A DNA stretch of 35,081 bases from Nanobdellota archaeon (GTDB taxonomy: Archaea; Nanobdellota; Nanobdellia; Pacearchaeales; GW2011-AR1), in NCBI GenBank assembly GCA_030704765.1, contig JAUYDD010000164.1, positions 1 through 35,081 on the forward strand, written 5' to 3'. Shown piece by piece: positions 8,272 through 16,138 of this stretch. The number at the start of each line of letters is the position of its first letter. The first letter of the stretch is position 1. The position numbers and the translations under genes are program-made. The notes below the pieces were generated by a model that ran no database searches, had not been told where the DNA came from, and saw only the letters and a program-made list of their open reading frames with translations.

Positions 8272-9819
8272 ATGTTAAAAGAAAACTTTAAAATAACTCT
8301 TGTTTCAACTGCTACTTTTCCTTCTGACCAAGGAATCAGGACAATATCAAGTGTACTTAAAAAAGCAGGTTATGATACAAAGATAATATTCCTAGCATAT
8401 TCAGAAAATTATAAAAAAATGTATCCAGACTCAGTCTTGGAAAAAGTGAAAGAATTATGCAAAGATTCAAAATTAATTGGAATTAATTCTTTTGCATCAA
8501 CAGCACCAAGAGCAGAACAAGTGATTAAAAAATTAAAAGAGCTAAATGCACCTATAATTTGGGGAGGTATACATGCTACTATCTCTCCTGAAAAATGCAT
8601 TGGACATTGCGATATTGTCTGTGTTGGAGAAGCAGAAGATGCATTTTTAGATTTAGTCAAAGCTATTCAAAAGAAAAAAAATTTCACAAAAATAAAAAAT
8701 CTATGGATAAAAAAATATAAGAAAATAATAAAAAATCCTGTCAGACCCTTACTTGATGATTTAGATTCCCTTCCTCCTGTTGATTATGATATAGAAGACC
8801 ATTATATACTCCATAATAATGATATAATTGATTTTAGAGAAGAAGATTTAGGGGGACAGATATTCTTTTTGACAGGAAGAGGATGTCCATATGGATGCTC
8901 TTACTGCAGTAATGATTTTTTCAATAAGTTATATGAAGGAAAAAGGAAAAAAATATTAAGATGGCATAGCCCGGAATATATTGTTGATTGTGTTATAAAC
9001 TTAAAAAATAGATTCAAGACTCTAAAATATTTTGATATAAGGGATGATACTTTTTCTATGCGTTCTGCAGGAGAAATAAAAAAGTTTTGTAAACTTTACA
9101 AAGAAAAAGTGGGCATGAGATTTAAATGTCTTGGAGACCCCCATACTATTACTGAAGAGAAAATCAAAGCCCTTGTTGAAGCAGGATGCACTGATATTAT
9201 TATAGGCATACAAGGTGTTGAAAGAGTCAATAAATATATATACCATAGGAATCAAACAGACAAGGATGTATTAAGAGCTTCAAAAATCATCAACAAATAT
9301 AAAGATAAACTGACTGTTATGTATGATGTCATAACGTCTAATCCTTATGAGACTTCTGATGATATAATAAACATGATAAGGCTATTGCAAAAAATACCTA
9401 AACCTTATTATCTTTCTGTTAATAATCTTGTTTTTTTCACATCAACACCTTTATATTGCAAAGCCAAGGAAGATGGCATTATACAAAAAGAAGAGGATTC
9501 TGCAGCTGATTTGAATTATTGGGATAGGGCAGCACATATTAAATTAAAAAAGAAAAACATGTATCTTAATCTTATCCTAAATATGATGAGAGGTGTAGCT
9601 ACAAAAAAAAGATATGGAATAATGCCTAATTATCTTATTAATTATCTTTTAGAAGAAGATAGAGTAAAAAGAAATCTGGAAAATACATTTCCTACATATA
9701 TAGCATTGTTCTTTGTTGGATGGAGTGATACTATAAGGGAGAGAATAGCAAAACCTCTTTATAGAAGCATGCCAGTTTCATTTAAAGCTTGGTATGATAA
9801 AGTAAGGTATAGGGTATAG
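8272..9819 (+). CDS. B12-binding-domain radical SAM enzyme (class B)
   Basis: 515 aa. N-terminal Rossmann-type domain (ISSVLKKAGYDT, WGGIHATISPE, VCVGEAEDAFLDLV), then FFLTGRGCPYGCSYCSN (CxxxCxxC). Clear paralogue of 14618..16051. Confidence 0.8.
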   Translation: MLKENFKITLVSTATFPSDQGIRTISSVLKKAGYDTKIIFLAYSENYKKMYPDSVLEKVKELCKDSKLIGINSFASTAPRAEQVIKKLKELNAPIIWGGIHATISPEKCIGHCDIVCVGEAEDAFLDLVKAIQKKKNFTKIKNLWIKKYKKIIKNPVRPLLDDLDSLPPVDYDIEDHYILHNNDIIDFREEDLGGQIFFLTGRGCPYGCSYCSNDFFNKLYEGKRKKILRWHSPEYIVDCVINLKNRFKTLKYFDIRDDTFSMRSAGEIKKFCKLYKEKVGMRFKCLGDPHTITEEKIKALVEAGCTDIIIGIQGVERVNKYIYHRNQTDKDVLRASKIINKYKDKLTVMYDVITSNPYETSDDIINMIRLLQKIPKPYYLSVNNLVFFTSTPLYCKAKEDGIIQKEEDSAADLNYWDRAAHIKLKKKNMYLNLILNMMRGVATKKRYGIMPNYLINYLLEEDRVKRNLENTFPTYIALFFVGWSDTIRERIAKPLYRSMPVSFKAWYDKVRYRV

Positions 9820-9840
9820 AATTATGTTCTTTTATCAAAA

Positions 9841-9998
9841 AAACAATGGGCCACCACACCCTAAAGGTTTTTTGCCACAGCTAAAAAATCGCCTGCTGGC
9901 GAGTGTGGTTTGATAGGCCCTTGTTTTTAGGATGCTCAAGAATTGAAAACTGTAACATTTGCTACGACCACATGATAAATCATGAGGTTTTCAATTCT
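9841..9998 (+). repeat. GC-rich structured intergenic element, copy A (branched hairpin + GGATGCTC core + nested hairpin)
   Basis: AAACAATGGGCC 9841-9852 pairs with GGCCCTTGTTT 9916-9926. Inside that stem, CCACAC 9854-9859 pairs with GTGTGG 9903-9908, GGTTTTTT 9866-9873 with AAAAAATC 9883-9890, and there is a GCC-TGCT-GGC hairpin at 9891-9900. Core TTTTTAGGATGCTCAAGAATTGAA at 9924-9947. AGAATTGAAAAC 9939-9950 pairs perfectly with GTTTTCAATTCT 9987-9998, enclosing CATGA-TAAA-TCATG (apex ATAAAT). Hand count for 9841-9926 is about 48% G+C. Confidence 0.6.
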
Positions 9999-10695
9999 CG
10001 ACATAATAAATAGTCGGATCTTTAATACCTGCCCAGTAAAAACCCTCTTTCCTTAACATACAAGAAAGACAATAACCGCAAGGTTTATTTTTTATAGGAG
10101 CGTAACATGAAAATGTTTCTTTAAAATCAACACCTAATTTTTTTCCAAGCAAGATTATATCTTCTTTATCCTTGTTTATTAAAGGAGCATAGATTTTTCC
10201 ATTGATTATTGAAGCTATGGATTTTAATTTATTCATCTGTTTAATGAATTTTTTTGTTGAATCAGGATAGCTTTCTTTTCCTTCGCATTTGAATCCTACA
10301 AAAATATTATAATCTTGTTTATTCTTGATATTATAAGATTCTGCAAGAGCTATTGCATAAGCCAAAAATATAACATTTCTTTGAGGAACATAATATTTAT
10401 CAGACTCTTCTTTTGTATCTTTCAAATCCTTTCTTGATAATCTGTTCACTTTTTTTATTGAATTTATCAAAGATGTAGAAATTTTCCCTAATTCTCGCAA
10501 GTTTATTTCAATGAAATCTGCATTCAAATATTCAGAACATTTTCTTGATGCTTTTCTTTCAGACAAAACATTTCTCTGATTATAATTAAAAAATAGGATT
10601 AGTATATTATTATAATTGAGCCTATGCTTTACATAATAAGCAGTAGTTACACTATCTATACCTCCAGAACATAAAATAATTGCATTTTTTATCAT
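9991..10695 (-). CDS. queC: 7-cyano-7-deazaguanine synthase QueC (PP-loop ATPase)
   Basis: 234 aa. PP-loop ILCSGGIDS. C-terminal Zn-Cys block FSCYAPIKNKPCGYCLSCMLRKEGF...DPTIYY is characteristic of QueC/ExsB. Confidence 0.8.
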   Translation of the reverse strand: MIKNAIILCSGGIDSVTTAYYVKHRLNYNNILILFFNYNQRNVLSERKASRKCSEYLNADFIEINLRELGKISTSLINSIKKVNRLSRKDLKDTKEESDKYYVPQRNVIFLAYAIALAESYNIKNKQDYNIFVGFKCEGKESYPDSTKKFIKQMNKLKSIASIINGKIYAPLINKDKEDIILLGKKLGVDFKETFSCYAPIKNKPCGYCLSCMLRKEGFYWAGIKDPTIYYVEN

Positions 10696-10715
10696 TAAAA
10701 TTACAATATAATAAA

Positions 10716-10725
10716 CTTTATAAGT
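10716..10725. promoter_or_regulatory. Near-palindromic TATA-like element CTTTATAAGT at the midpoint between divergent ATGs 10695 (-) and 10746 (+)
   Basis: The intergenic spacer is only 50 nt. The element is centred about 25 nt from each start codon. Confidence 0.35.
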
Positions 10726-10745
10726 ATGCTTTTTATTTTTTATAA

Positions 10746-10940
10746 ATGAAAAAACAAGCTAAAGAGCTAAAAAAAGGTGATAAAATCATAATAGCTGAAC
10801 AAAAAGCTGTTATAAATGAAATAGAGATATCTGATATTGGAAAACAAGGGAAAAGAAAAGTGAGAATTGGAGCTATTACTGAAAAAAACGAGAAAGTAAT
10901 AATCATAAGGCCAGAAGACCATCCTTTTGAAGTAATGTGA
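10746..10940 (+). CDS. Small protein resembling the N-terminal (hypusine-loop) domain of translation factor aIF5A
   Basis: 64 aa. LKKGDKIIIAEQKAVINEIEISDIGKQGKRKVRIGAI...IIIRPEDHPFEV parallels the eIF5A pattern G-x-hhh-x-G-x-P-x-x-I-x-E-h-x-x-S-K-x-GKHG-x-AK-h-x-h. The C-terminal OB domain is absent. From memory alignment only. Confidence 0.4.
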   Translation: MKKQAKELKKGDKIIIAEQKAVINEIEISDIGKQGKRKVRIGAITEKNEKVIIIRPEDHPFEVM

Positions 10941-10988
10941 TTAATTGCATAAAAATGTTTTTATACCCTAAATTTAATATATTCCTAC

Positions 10989-11894
10989 ATGATTGACATT
11001 ATAATAACTTCTTTTAATGAACCAAAAGCAACACTTAGAGCTGTAGAGATATTTTTAAACCAGGATATAAAAGAGAAATTTAGGATAATAGTATGCGATC
11101 CTTTTCCTGAAGTAAAAGAATTATTTAAAAAAAATATAAAAGATAAAAGAGTTGGATTTTTCCTAGATCCTGGAGAAGGAAAAAGCTATGCTTTAAATCT
11201 TCTAATCGAAAAATTAAACACAAACAGTCAAGAGGATATATTTATATTTACAGATGGAGATGTCCATGTCTCTAATAATGCTTTAAAAGAAATAACTGAA
11301 GCTTTTAAAGATCCTAAAGTCGGATGTGCCACTGCAAAACCTGTTACAATAAATCCAAGAAACAATATGATGGGTTATTGGTCTCATCTGCTTTTTTCAG
11401 GAATTCATAAAGTTAGAAAAAATCTTTCTAATAAAGAAAGATTCTTTGAATGTTCTGGATATTTATTTGCTATAAGAAAAGGGGTCATATTTGAATTTCC
11501 ATTAGATGGTTCTGAAGATGGAATTATTCCTTATATTTTTTGGAAAAATGGATATAAAATAAAATATCTTCCTAGTTTAGAGGTTTATGTAAAAAATCCT
11601 GAGAACCTAAAAGATTGGAAAACCCAAAAAATAAGAAATATTAAAGGACATGAAAACTATTCCAAACTTTATCCAGATATGCCTAGGACAAAAAGCTTTT
11701 TGAATGAAATCAGATACGGACTATTTCATGCACTTTTTTATCCTAGAACTCCTAAAGAAGCATGGTGGACAATAAAGTTATTTTATCATAGATATTCCAT
11801 CTATAGTCAAGCATTCAAAGACTTGAAGAAAAAAGAAGTCTATACAGATGGTTGGAGAGAAAATGAAACTCCTACAACAAGGACCTTGGATTAA
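10989..11894 (+). CDS. Glycosyltransferase family 2-like
   Basis: 301 aa. IDIIITSFNEPKATLRAV (GT-A N-terminal strand), GKSYALNLLI, and the DxD-like FTDGDVHV. Confidence 0.7.
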   Translation: MIDIIITSFNEPKATLRAVEIFLNQDIKEKFRIIVCDPFPEVKELFKKNIKDKRVGFFLDPGEGKSYALNLLIEKLNTNSQEDIFIFTDGDVHVSNNALKEITEAFKDPKVGCATAKPVTINPRNNMMGYWSHLLFSGIHKVRKNLSNKERFFECSGYLFAIRKGVIFEFPLDGSEDGIIPYIFWKNGYKIKYLPSLEVYVKNPENLKDWKTQKIRNIKGHENYSKLYPDMPRTKSFLNEIRYGLFHALFYPRTPKEAWWTIKLFYHRYSIYSQAFKDLKKKEVYTDGWRENETPTTRTLD

Positions 11895-11924
11895 GTATTT
11901 ATAATTGATTTTCTTCTGTAAAAG

Positions 11925-12503
11925 ATGAAAAAAAGATGGTTTAAAAAAATTTATCAGGTTCATGAAAAAACTCTTATATATAAAGATGCAAAAAATAAAA
12001 AATTAATAATTTGTTTTTCAGGGGTGCCTGCTTCAGGAAAGACTACTCTTGCTAAAATCCTTGAAAAAAGATACATGGGAATAAGATTAAATAAGGATGA
12101 TATTGGAAATATCATCCTAAAATTAAACTTAGTTAATGAAACAGATATCAAAGAGGGATTCTCTAGTGAATATATAATTCATCTTTTAAAAAATTATCCA
12201 TTAAAAAATAAATTAATAATTCTTGACAAGAGTATAGACAGGGATTATAAGACTCTATTTAATATTTTAAAAAAATATTCTTATCCTATTTTTCTTATCA
12301 GACTAAAAATATCAAGAGAAAAAATGATAAAAAGGATTAATAAAAGAAATAATGATAATCTAGAAGCCTGGATAAAAAAAGTTGATAAATGGTTCTTTGA
12401 TTTTATAGAAGCAAATAAGCACATAAAACCTGATTTTGTGTATAATAATAAAGATGATTTAAATGAATTGTTTTTTAAATTAGACAGAATCATTAAAAAC
12501 TAA
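11925..12503 (+). CDS. P-loop kinase (AAA_33/zeta-toxin-like fold)
   Basis: 192 aa. Walker A FSGVPASGKTTLAK followed by RLNKDDIG. Size and layout fit small-molecule or nucleotide-sugar kinases. Substrate unknown. Confidence 0.55.
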   Translation: MKKRWFKKIYQVHEKTLIYKDAKNKKLIICFSGVPASGKTTLAKILEKRYMGIRLNKDDIGNIILKLNLVNETDIKEGFSSEYIIHLLKNYPLKNKLIILDKSIDRDYKTLFNILKKYSYPIFLIRLKISREKMIKRINKRNNDNLEAWIKKVDKWFFDFIEANKHIKPDFVYNNKDDLNELFFKLDRIIKN

Positions 12504-12766
12504 ATGCCCCATTTTTCTTTTATTTCAGAAAAACTGCCTGTATCTTTAAGATAATTTACTCCATTGTCTGCTAAATCATAAAAAAGTGCATTATCTATTT
12601 TTCTTTTCTCAATCAGACCTTCTTTTTCCATGTCTTTTAATAAATTTTTTAAATTAGGAAACGCAAAGTCATTTATTAATAAAAAATCCTTGATATCTTT
12701 TATATTTCTTTCTTCTCCAATTGATAAAAAATAAAGTATTCCTTCAACAATATCTTCTTCGTCCAT
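12500..12766 (-). CDS. Small winged-helix-like protein (possible transcription regulator)
   Basis: 88 aa. ILYFLSIGEERNIKDIKDFL ... LLKDMEKEGLIEKRKIDNALFYDLADNGVNYL resembles PadR/MarR-type wHTH recognition helix plus wing. Weak call. Confidence 0.35.
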   Translation of the reverse strand: MDEEDIVEGILYFLSIGEERNIKDIKDFLLINDFAFPNLKNLLKDMEKEGLIEKRKIDNALFYDLADNGVNYLKDTGSFSEIKEKWGI

Positions 12767-12773
12767 AGTTGAA

Positions 12774-13193
12774 TTAAATTTTTCTTTTTAACTTGAATCT
12801 TTTCAATTTCTGCTCTAATTTTTCTAAGGAATCTACAAATTCCATAGAACTTATCAATATTGAACTTAAATAATCAAATGCTTCTTCTATTGATTCATCA
12901 GTCTTGATACCTATTGCAGGTATATTTTTTGCATAAGCATATCCTAATTCCCAAGAAGTACCTGCCCCTATATGAAGACCGTTTAAATCTGCTATTATTA
13001 AATCAATATCTCTAAAACCTTTTATTATATCTTCATTAAAGATTCTTTTTGCATCTTTAATATCTTTTGCTATGCCTACATCCCTATGAGGTAAAAAGGT
13101 CTTAAAACCTAGTTTTTCGCATAAATTTGCAATTTTTTCTAGAAATTCTTTTTCAGAATCATCTGATAGTTTTCCAGCAATATATACTTTCAT
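12774..13193 (-). CDS. Nucleoside 2-deoxyribosyltransferase-like protein
   Basis: 139 aa. MKVYIAGKL ... DLIIADLNG...GAGTSWELGYAYAKNIPAIGI matches the Nuc_deoxyrib_tr family pattern, including the conserved Glu within GT-x-x-E-hG-h-A. Confidence 0.6.
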   Translation of the reverse strand: MKVYIAGKLSDDSEKEFLEKIANLCEKLGFKTFLPHRDVGIAKDIKDAKRIFNEDIIKGFRDIDLIIADLNGLHIGAGTSWELGYAYAKNIPAIGIKTDESIEEAFDYLSSILISSMEFVDSLEKLEQKLKRFKLKRKI

Positions 13194-13240
13194 CTTAGTT
13201 TCACAAATCTTAAATACCTACCAAGGTTTTAAATTTAACT

Positions 13241-14608
13241 ATGGAGATACTTATAATAAAACTAGGAGCTAAAGGTGATGTTTTAAGAACACTTCCAGTA
13301 TTAATTGCATTAAAAAAAAAATATCCAGATTCAAATATAACTTGGATTACGAAAAGAGAATCAGAAGAAATAGTAAAAAATAGCCCTTTTGTAAAAAGGG
13401 TTATTATATCTCCATTTGTTCCAACAGAAGAATATGATCTGCTTTATAATTTTGATATAGAAGAAGAAGCAACAAAAATTGCAATGCATACTAAAGCAAA
13501 TAAAAAATATGGGTTTTATTCAGATAATGGTTATCTATCTTCATATAATCTTTCTTCTGAATATTACCTTAATACTATTTTTGATGATGAATTAAAGAAA
13601 AACAATAAAAAGACCTATCAAGAAATGATATTTGAATCTGCTGAAATTGATTATAAAAAACAGCATCATCCAATATTTCTTTCAGAAAGTGATAAAGAAC
13701 TAGGAAGAAACTTTCTTAAAAAAAATAATATTATAAACAAAGTTATAGGCATACATATGGGAGCTTCTTCTAGATGGCCTTCTAAAGTCTGGCATGAAGA
13801 AAAAGTGAAGGAATTCATAAAAAAATCTAAAGAGAATAATTATGAAATCGTACTTTTTGGAGGGCCGAATGAAATAGAAAAACATGATGGGCTAATAAAA
13901 AATCTAGAAAAAGAAAATATTTATGTTTATAGGAATAATCCTAATAATACTGATACAGAATTCGCATCACTTGTCAATATATGCGATTATATGGTTTGTT
14001 CAGATAGTTTTTCTTTACATGTCTCTATTGCATTAAAAAAATCCACAATCGGATTATTTTTTTGCACTCCTCCTAATGAAGTAGAAGATTATGGGATATT
14101 GAAAAAAATAAACTCTCCTTTACTTTATGAATTTTTTCCTGAAAAATGCGATCAATATTCAGAAGAATTAACAAAAACAATTTCTCCTGAAAAGGTTTTT
14201 TTATCAATTAAAGAATTTGAAAATGAAATCAGGGTTGTTAATGCAATTATAAAATATAATCAAAATATCCTTATAATAAAAAGAAAAGAAGGCATTCATA
14301 AAGGAAAATGGGCTTTTCCAGGCGGAATAACTGAAAGATATGAAACAACAGGAGAAGCTTTAGAAAGAGAACTAAAAGAAGAAGTAAACTTGAATTTAAA
14401 AAAAATAATAAAAAAGATATCAGAATTTGAATATCCAAGAGAGAATAATAAAATAACAAAAGGGGAGTGTTATTTAGTTGAAACAGAAGATATTTTAGTT
14501 AAAAAGAATGAGGAAATTGAAGATTTTAAATGGATTGGAATAAATGATATTGAAAAATTTAATCTAATAGAGGGTTTAGATGAGGAAATTTCAGATTGTT
14601 TTAAATAA
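13241..14608 (+). CDS. Fusion: GT9 (heptosyltransferase-family) glycosyltransferase + C-terminal Nudix hydrolase domain (about nt 14228-14605)
   Basis: 455 aa. ILIIKLGAKGDVLRTLPVLIALKKKYPDSNITWIT and VLFGGPNE ... MVCSDSFSLHVSIAL give the GT9 pattern. The Nudix box GGITERYETTGEALERELKEEVNL (Gx5Ex7REhxEE) lies at about nt 14321-14392. Confidence 0.75.
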   Translation: MEILIIKLGAKGDVLRTLPVLIALKKKYPDSNITWITKRESEEIVKNSPFVKRVIISPFVPTEEYDLLYNFDIEEEATKIAMHTKANKKYGFYSDNGYLSSYNLSSEYYLNTIFDDELKKNNKKTYQEMIFESAEIDYKKQHHPIFLSESDKELGRNFLKKNNIINKVIGIHMGASSRWPSKVWHEEKVKEFIKKSKENNYEIVLFGGPNEIEKHDGLIKNLEKENIYVYRNNPNNTDTEFASLVNICDYMVCSDSFSLHVSIALKKSTIGLFFCTPPNEVEDYGILKKINSPLLYEFFPEKCDQYSEELTKTISPEKVFLSIKEFENEIRVVNAIIKYNQNILIIKRKEGIHKGKWAFPGGITERYETTGEALERELKEEVNLNLKKIIKKISEFEYPRENNKITKGECYLVETEDILVKKNEEIEDFKWIGINDIEKFNLIEGLDEEISDCFK

Positions 14609-14617
14609 ATAGAATGA

Positions 14618-16051
14618 TCATGTTTTAAAAAGATAATCTGAAAATTTCCTGATTGACTTTATAGTTTCTAATTTAGATCCAAAAATTATAGAATAAATTT
14701 TCCACTGAGACCATCCATATGAAACAAAATAGACAAAATCATATAGTTTATTCTTAGGAAATTTTATTAATTGTTTTATTATTGGATGAAAAATTGGAAA
14801 TTTTACAGCTATTATGCTAAGTTTATACAGGTTTTCTAACCTTCTTTTATCAAAATCACTATAATTTAAAACAGTGGTACTGAGATAACTGCTACCTAAT
14901 TTATCAAAATCTCCATCAAAATAATTGTTTTCTATTGAATAGGTTGAAAGCACAGTTCCAGGATAGGGTTGAAAAATTGAAAAACCTGGTAAGTCTGGTT
15001 TACATAAAGAATTTAGGCTTATTGTTTTAAAAGAATAATCTAAATCCTCTCCTGGAAGGCCTAGCATATTTTGAGAAGTTAGTTTTATACCTTTTTCTTT
15101 TATTATTTTACATGCATTAATTATCTGTTCATTAGACATATTTCTCTCAAGAATCTCTTTTCTTATTTTTTCATCTCCGGTTTCAATACCCATATAGACT
15201 AAGATGCAGTTAGCTGACTTTAATTTTTCAGCTACTTCATCTGTCATTAAGTCAGCCCTTATATTGCATATAAAGGGCAGATTTATCTCTTTTTTATATT
15301 TATCACAAAAATCAAATAACCAAGTTTTGTTCATATTGAATGTATCATCTACGAACTTCACAACACCTAATGGAAAATTTTCTTTAACATATTTTATTTC
15401 TTCTATAACATTATTTACACTCCTTTGCCTGACTAATTTACCTTTAACAGTTGAATATAATTGATTATACTGCCTATTGAAGCAATAAGTGCATTTAAAT
15501 GGACATCCTCTACTAGTAATAAATCTTTTTATCTTCAAGTCTTTTAATAAATTATCTTTTTTATAAATCATCTCTCTATCTGGAAAAGGAAGAGAATCTA
15601 AGTCATGTATTGGTTTTCTTAAACAATTTTTATAAATACGACTTCCTTTTTTGACCCAAAAATTTTTAGTTTTTTCATAATTTTTATCTTTTTTGTATCT
15701 TTTTATAAAATCTAAAAATGCCTCTTCCCCTTCTCCTCGGCATATAGCGTCTACTCCTTCTTCATTTATCATTTCTGGATAAAAAGTAGGATGAGGACCT
15801 CCAAATATAGAATAAACTTTAAGTTCTTTTTTTATTTTTTTGTTTAACTCTATATACTCTTTATGGTTTCCAGTTGTTATACTATAAGCCACTATATCTG
15901 GCTTTAATTCCTTTAATTTTTCAAAAACATTATCAGTCTTAAAACATACTAAATCCGTATCATGCCCTGATTTTTTTAATACTGATGATAAAATCATGAT
16001 ACCAAGAGGATCTGAGATAGTAATCATCTTTATTATAAACACTATTTTCAT
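14618..16051 (-). CDS. B12-binding-domain radical SAM enzyme (class B), paralogue of 8272..9819
   Basis: 477 aa. LSSVLKKSGHDT, FGGPHPTFYPE, ICRGEGEEAFLDFI, NFWVKK, DLDSLPFPD, then FITSRGCPFKCTYCFN (CxxxCxxC). Confidence 0.8.
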   Translation of the reverse strand: MKIVFIIKMITISDPLGIMILSSVLKKSGHDTDLVCFKTDNVFEKLKELKPDIVAYSITTGNHKEYIELNKKIKKELKVYSIFGGPHPTFYPEMINEEGVDAICRGEGEEAFLDFIKRYKKDKNYEKTKNFWVKKGSRIYKNCLRKPIHDLDSLPFPDREMIYKKDNLLKDLKIKRFITSRGCPFKCTYCFNRQYNQLYSTVKGKLVRQRSVNNVIEEIKYVKENFPLGVVKFVDDTFNMNKTWLFDFCDKYKKEINLPFICNIRADLMTDEVAEKLKSANCILVYMGIETGDEKIRKEILERNMSNEQIINACKIIKEKGIKLTSQNMLGLPGEDLDYSFKTISLNSLCKPDLPGFSIFQPYPGTVLSTYSIENNYFDGDFDKLGSSYLSTTVLNYSDFDKRRLENLYKLSIIAVKFPIFHPIIKQLIKFPKNKLYDFVYFVSYGWSQWKIYSIIFGSKLETIKSIRKFSDYLFKT

Positions 16052-16138
16052 AAATAAAAAATAAAAAGATTGTTTAAAAATATATAGGTAAAATCATTCA
16101 ATAAAAACATATAAAAACCATTCATTGATTATAAATTA

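Noticed and set aside
9848-9920. Possible tRNA or tRNA-like gene: a GC-rich ~73-nt segment with a terminal GGGCC/GGCCC stem and internal hairpins.
   Set aside because: There is no T-loop consensus (GTTCRANYC) on either strand, no 7-bp acceptor plus 4-bp D-arm geometry, and no anticodon arm of the right size. The terminal stem continues into AAACAA/TTGTTT, which a tRNA would not do.
9841-9990. preQ1 riboswitch, given the proximity to queC.
   Set aside because: The structure lies at the 3' end of queC (the stop is at 9991 on the minus strand), not in its 5' leader. It lacks the short P1 hairpin plus A-rich tail of preQ1-I/II/III as I remember them. Sister copies occur next to unrelated genes.
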